Shown: positions 60,291 through 64,000 of the stretch, in pieces | How positions within the stretch are numbered: the stretch's first letter is position 1 | Layout: the number at the start of each line of letters is the position of its first letter | Program-made: the position numbers and the translations under genes | The notes under the pieces: model-generated | What the model was told of the DNA's origin: nothing | Database searches by the model: none | What the model saw: only the letters and a program-made list of their open reading frames with translations | DNA from: Basidiobolus meristosporus CBS 931.73 | Lineage: Eukaryota; Fungi; Basidiobolomycota | Length of the DNA stretch: 64,000 bases | Direction of reading: 5' to 3' | Assembly: GCA_002104905.1 (NCBI GenBank) | Contig: MCFE01000044.1 | Coordinates: forward strand, 135,527 to 199,526

Positions 60291-60496
60291 TGTTGTAGAA
60301 TTTGTAATTCCACCTAAATATTCTCCTAACTTAGTCACTTAGATCATTACCTTCAAATCCTAGAGAATACTGACCAAATTTCCTGTCTAGATTTACTTGG
60401 AATATGTACCCAGAACATGAAAATTAGATAATTTGTCCAAACAACCCCAAACTTTGCACACGTGCTCTTGGGACCTTCCTTAGCCTATTCTGCATG
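60291..60496 (+). mobile_element. Truncated Copia-family LTR relic, inverted relative to the LTR at 61990-62286
   Basis: TGTTGTAGAATTTGTAATTCC...CTTCAAATCCTAGAGAATACTGACCAAATT...GGGACCTTCCTTAGCCTATTC aligns with the reverse complement of 62063-62286. It is preceded by GAGAG and a KLGFLGNI-like coding tail. Confidence 0.8.
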
Positions 60497-60523
60497 TTAG
60501 GGTTAGGGGTTGGGGTCAGGGGG
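60496..60523 (+). repeat. Interstitial degenerate telomere-like tract
   Basis: G TTAGGG TTAGGGG TTGGGG TCAGGGGG. Confidence 0.6.
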
Positions 60524-61989
60524 GAGACAGTCACCAACAGGTGAAATCTTTATTTCAGTTGAAACAAAGAAGCCAGCGCTACTGTTGTAGCTTTGATACA
60601 AGAGTGTGTAGCTGAGGGGAATTTGTAGGTAAGTTAATAAGAAGTGATGATAGTTCTTCAGTGCTCAAGACACTGTTCAGTGGGAAGGGGGGTAGCAAGA
60701 GAGGTAAGAATGACTTGTGAACAACATTAGTAAGGGGAATGTGATAAGGATTGATATTCATCATAAAGGGAGTGTGCTGCTGCAGATATTGCTGCCAAAG
60801 GTCTGTCAAGTACTTCAGGTAGGCCAGCTTGGGTTTTTCTGACTGCAGAATATAGTGAGCAAACTTCTTGACTTCAGGATCTCCAAGTATATTTCTCCAG
60901 CAGGAGCCAGGTGTTGTGCGGTGTGTTCTCTTCCAGGCCTTAATCAGTGGGTTGTGCAGTTGTGAAGTCTGAGGTATAATCTGGTTGTAAGGTAGAGAAA
61001 ACTAATCTTATAGGGCATAAACCCAAAAGCACCAAGAATAGCATGTCTGTAGGTTATTCTTCTGCAGATACTGGTGGATGGTCTGGGAGTCTTGTTGCAC
61101 ATTGGAGGAGGATATTCTGATGTCATCAGCAAAGAGAGTAACCAGGCAGTCAGCTGAGAGTCTTGGGAAGTCATTCAGGAAGATGGCAAACAGTATAGGA
61201 CCAAGCACAGAGCCTTGAACCACTCCATTAGGAACTGAGAACACAACTGATTGCTCATTTGGGTGCAGAATTCTTGCTTGTGGATCCAGAAACAGAGACC
61301 TGACAAGAAGGGTGAGAGAGGTACTGGAGAAGCATTGCAACTTGGACCAAAGCAGATTTCTGTCAACTGAATCAAAGGCCTTAGTAATATCAAACAGAAC
61401 AGAGGGATACTTGCACTGGAGAGAGTGATCTTGGCTAAGTATGACTGCATATTCCAAGGAGAGGCCAGGAACAAAGCCAAACTGTGCAGGATAAAACTTG
61501 AGGGAGTCAGAGTAGAGCTCCTGAGCAAGCAGAAGCTCAAACACCTTTCTGCAGGTGGGCAGCAGAGATATTGGCCTGTAGGAGCTAGGATCCAGGTGCT
61601 TTCTTTTACCCTTGTACAGTGGTAGAACATTTGCAAAGGACCATTCCTCAGGAGTAGAAAGCTGGGCTGAGCATTGCTGAAACAGTGGAAGCAGAAGTGC
61701 AGACATGGCCTTGGTACTAGTCTTCAGAAGCTCATAAGAGATTGTGTCCACACCTGGAGCAGTAGAGTTGGGAAGCCTCTTGAGCACATTATGGATTCTC
61801 CCTTGATCAAGTGCAAGTGGGATGGGCAGAGTCTTGAAGTCAGGATGAAAGCCAGGAGTTGAGTACCGCTTTGTAGAGAAGAAGATGTTAGCCAGCTGTT
61901 CTGTTGAAGGTAACTTCCCGGAAGAGGGCCTCATTGCTGTTGTAAGAGTCTTGGAGATATTGGAAGTGATTGGGAGAACAAGTAGATTA
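60524..61989 (-). mobile_element. Non-LTR (LINE-type) retrotransposon fragment with RT domain, frame-broken after the RT core
   Basis: TAPGVDTI, YRPISLLPTCRKVFE, QFGF, FDITKAFDSV, GVVQGSVLGPILF and LFADDI. A candidate AATAAA lies near 60550 on the element strand. Confidence 0.9.
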
Positions 61990-62286
61990 TGTGGTTTTCA
62001 CTTAATGATTTATTGAATGTAAAAGTAGTATTTATACTTTTACCTGGTCTTGGCATTACAAGCACGTAGAATAGGTTAAGGAAGGTCCCAAGAACATGTG
62101 TGCAAAGTTTGGGGCTGTTTGGACAACTTTGAGAATTTTCATGTTCTGGGTACCTGGTATTTTGGGGAAAATATTCTAAGTAAATCCCAACAAGGAATTT
62201 GGTCAGTATTCTCTAGGATTTGAAGGTAATAATCTAAGTGACTAAGTTATATGAATATTCAGATGGAAATACAAATTTTTACAACA
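61990..62286 (-). mobile_element. 3' LTR of a Ty1/Copia element
   Basis: Follows the RNase H stop and the purine tract GAGTGGGAG. Starts TGTTGT, contains TATAAATA and AATAAA, and probably ends ...CCACA at about 61990. Confidence 0.75.
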
Positions 62287-62297
62287 CTCCCACTCAG

Positions 62298-64000
62298 CTA
62301 AATGTTCATACTGACTAGTCCTAATTTTGACCTAAGATATTCAAACTTGTCTCTAGCTAATGGTTTGGTAAATATGTCTGCAATCTTTTCATCTGTAGGA
62401 CAGTAAACTAAGCTAACTAAGTTATTCTCTATAGCTTCACGTATGAAATGATGTCTAATATCTATGTGCTTGGTTCTAGCATGAAAAGTTGGATTTCTAC
62501 CTAATTGTATACATCCTTGATTATCTTGAAATAAAGTAATAGGCGTTTTTTGACATAGGCCTAAATCTGTAAACAGCTTTCTTAACCACATTGCTTCTTT
62601 TATAGCTTCACAGGCTGCCATATATTCTGCCTCTGTGGTGGAAAGTGCTACAGTTGGTTGTTTTCTTGAATTCCATGAAATTGCTCCTTTACAGTAAAGA
62701 ATGGTGTATCCTGTGGTGGATCTTCTGTCTTCCAAATTTCGTCCCCAATCAGCATCAGAGTATCACACAAGATCCTGTTCTGAATCCTTATAAGTGTATC
62801 TTAAGCAGATATCAGCAGTTCCTTTTAGGTATCTGAAAATCCGCTTAACTGCTGCAATATGATCAGATCCATAATTCTGATTATGTTGGCTGACAACTCC
62901 CACTGAATATGAGATATCTGGACATGTTCCAAGCATGATATACATCAGACTGCCGACCATAGATTGATAAGGAAAGTCAGGGCTTTCAGATGGCACCAAG
63001 CTCTCTTGATTTGATTGAGTTTTGACCAAGTTAAGGTTTGTCTCCATTGGGGTAGCTGCCGGTTTACAGTCTTCCATTTGTACTTCTTTAGTATATCTTG
63101 AATAAACTTGGATTGGCTTAGGGTAATAATCTGGGTACTTCTGTCTATGGAGAACTTAATCCCTAAGTAGTAATTAAGTTCTCCTAGATCGGACATCTTG
63201 AACTCCTTAGATAGGCTGGATTTAGTCTCTTCCAATGTTTCTAGGTTATTGGCGGCTATAATAAGATCATCCACATATAGAGCTAATAGAACTGGATTTG
63301 CTCTATCTGGCTTATAGTATATACTATAGTCAGCATTACTCCTTTTGAAACTCAAAGATTCCAAATAAGAATCTATCTTGCAATTCCAGGCTCTTGGTGA
63401 TTGTTTGAGACCATATAGTGACTTTTTAAGCTTGCAGACCAAATGGGGGTTATCTTGGTCAACAAACCCATCAGGCTGGTCCATATACATGTCCTCATCA
63501 AGTTCTCCATTCAGAAATGCAGTTTTTACATCCATTTGATGAATAAAAAACTTATATTTGGCTGCAATAGCCAATATTAGTCTGATGGAATTAAACTTGG
63601 CTACCGGTGCAAAGGTCTCAGTATAGTCAAGTCCTTTTGTTTGAGAGTATCCTTTGGCTACAAGTCTTGCTTTGTATCTTTTAATTGTACCATCAGCCTT
63701 GTATTTTGTCTTGAAGACCCATCTGCATCCAATTGATTTTTGGTTGATTGGTAATTTGACTAAGTCCCAAGTTTGATTTTCCATCAGTGCCTGATATTCC
63801 TCAGTCATTGCAGATCTCCAAAACTTCATCTGAGGGCTATTTAGGGCCTCTTTTACAGTCTGGGGTTCATCAATATGGACTGAAAAGGCATAGGCTAAGT
63901 TTGTACCCTCATTAATATAGTAATTTGGGCTATTTCTTGTCCGATTTGATCTCCGGGCATTTGATACTGGAATGATCACTTCTGGGATATTCCTGGCACT
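62298..64000 (-). mobile_element. Ty1/Copia pol (RT-RNase H), degenerate; continues beyond the window
   Basis: YKARLVAKGYSQ, QMDVKTAFLNG, LKKSLYGLKQSPRAW, YVDDL, YSDADW, ALSTTEAEY and RTKHIDIRHHF. One frameshift near 63075 and an in-frame TGA at 62763 (DLV*YSDADW). Confidence 0.95.

Noticed and set aside
61008-61934. RT as a Penelope/Athena-type, telomerase or group II intron RT
   Set aside because: Its motifs (APGxD, YRPISLL, QFGF, D..KAFDSV, GVxQGSxLGP) are of the LINE type.

Overview
Eukaryotic DNA from an intron-rich fungus. The short GT-AG introns, the opisthokont EF-1alpha insertion, the QDPR gene and the CBM19-like secreted protein suggest an early-diverging, Zoopagomycota/Basidiobolus-like lineage; this is inference, not an identification. 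Positions 1-36.4 kb are gene-dense and mostly housekeeping: NSE3/MAGE, a divergent EF-1alpha paralogue, REX3-like exonuclease, UBP8, RPL16, TAF10, ATG5, NNF1, QDPR convergent with GTP cyclohydrolase I, mitochondrial uL10, BMT2, F-box/LRR, ATF1-like bZIP, UCH37, SF3A1, a PQQ-like propeller, a two-finger GATA factor, a C2-domain protein and a degenerate-looking DHTKD1-type E1. Positions 36.6-52.6 kb hold one intronless minus-strand gene for a giant (about 5,320 aa once one apparent 1-nt indel is repaired) secreted, modular repeat protein: signal peptide, CBM19-like domain, 10 copies of an 8-Cys module, four distinct Ser/Thr- or His-rich repeat blocks, and a C-terminal CBM19-like domain. It is the main candidate for an undescribed system (a multivalent chitin-binding adhesin or wall scaffold). 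Positions 52.6-60 kb are gene-poor, with a three-copy degenerate ~1 kb tandem array and pseudogene debris. Positions 60-64 kb are a nest of CpG-depleted retroelements: a Copia LTR relic, a LINE-type RT whose 3' end runs into telomere-like (CCCTAA) repeats, and a degenerate Ty1/Copia RT-RNase H with its 3' LTR. No rRNA, tRNA or CRISPR features were recognised. Exon boundaries were read by eye, so gene ends may be off by a few bases.
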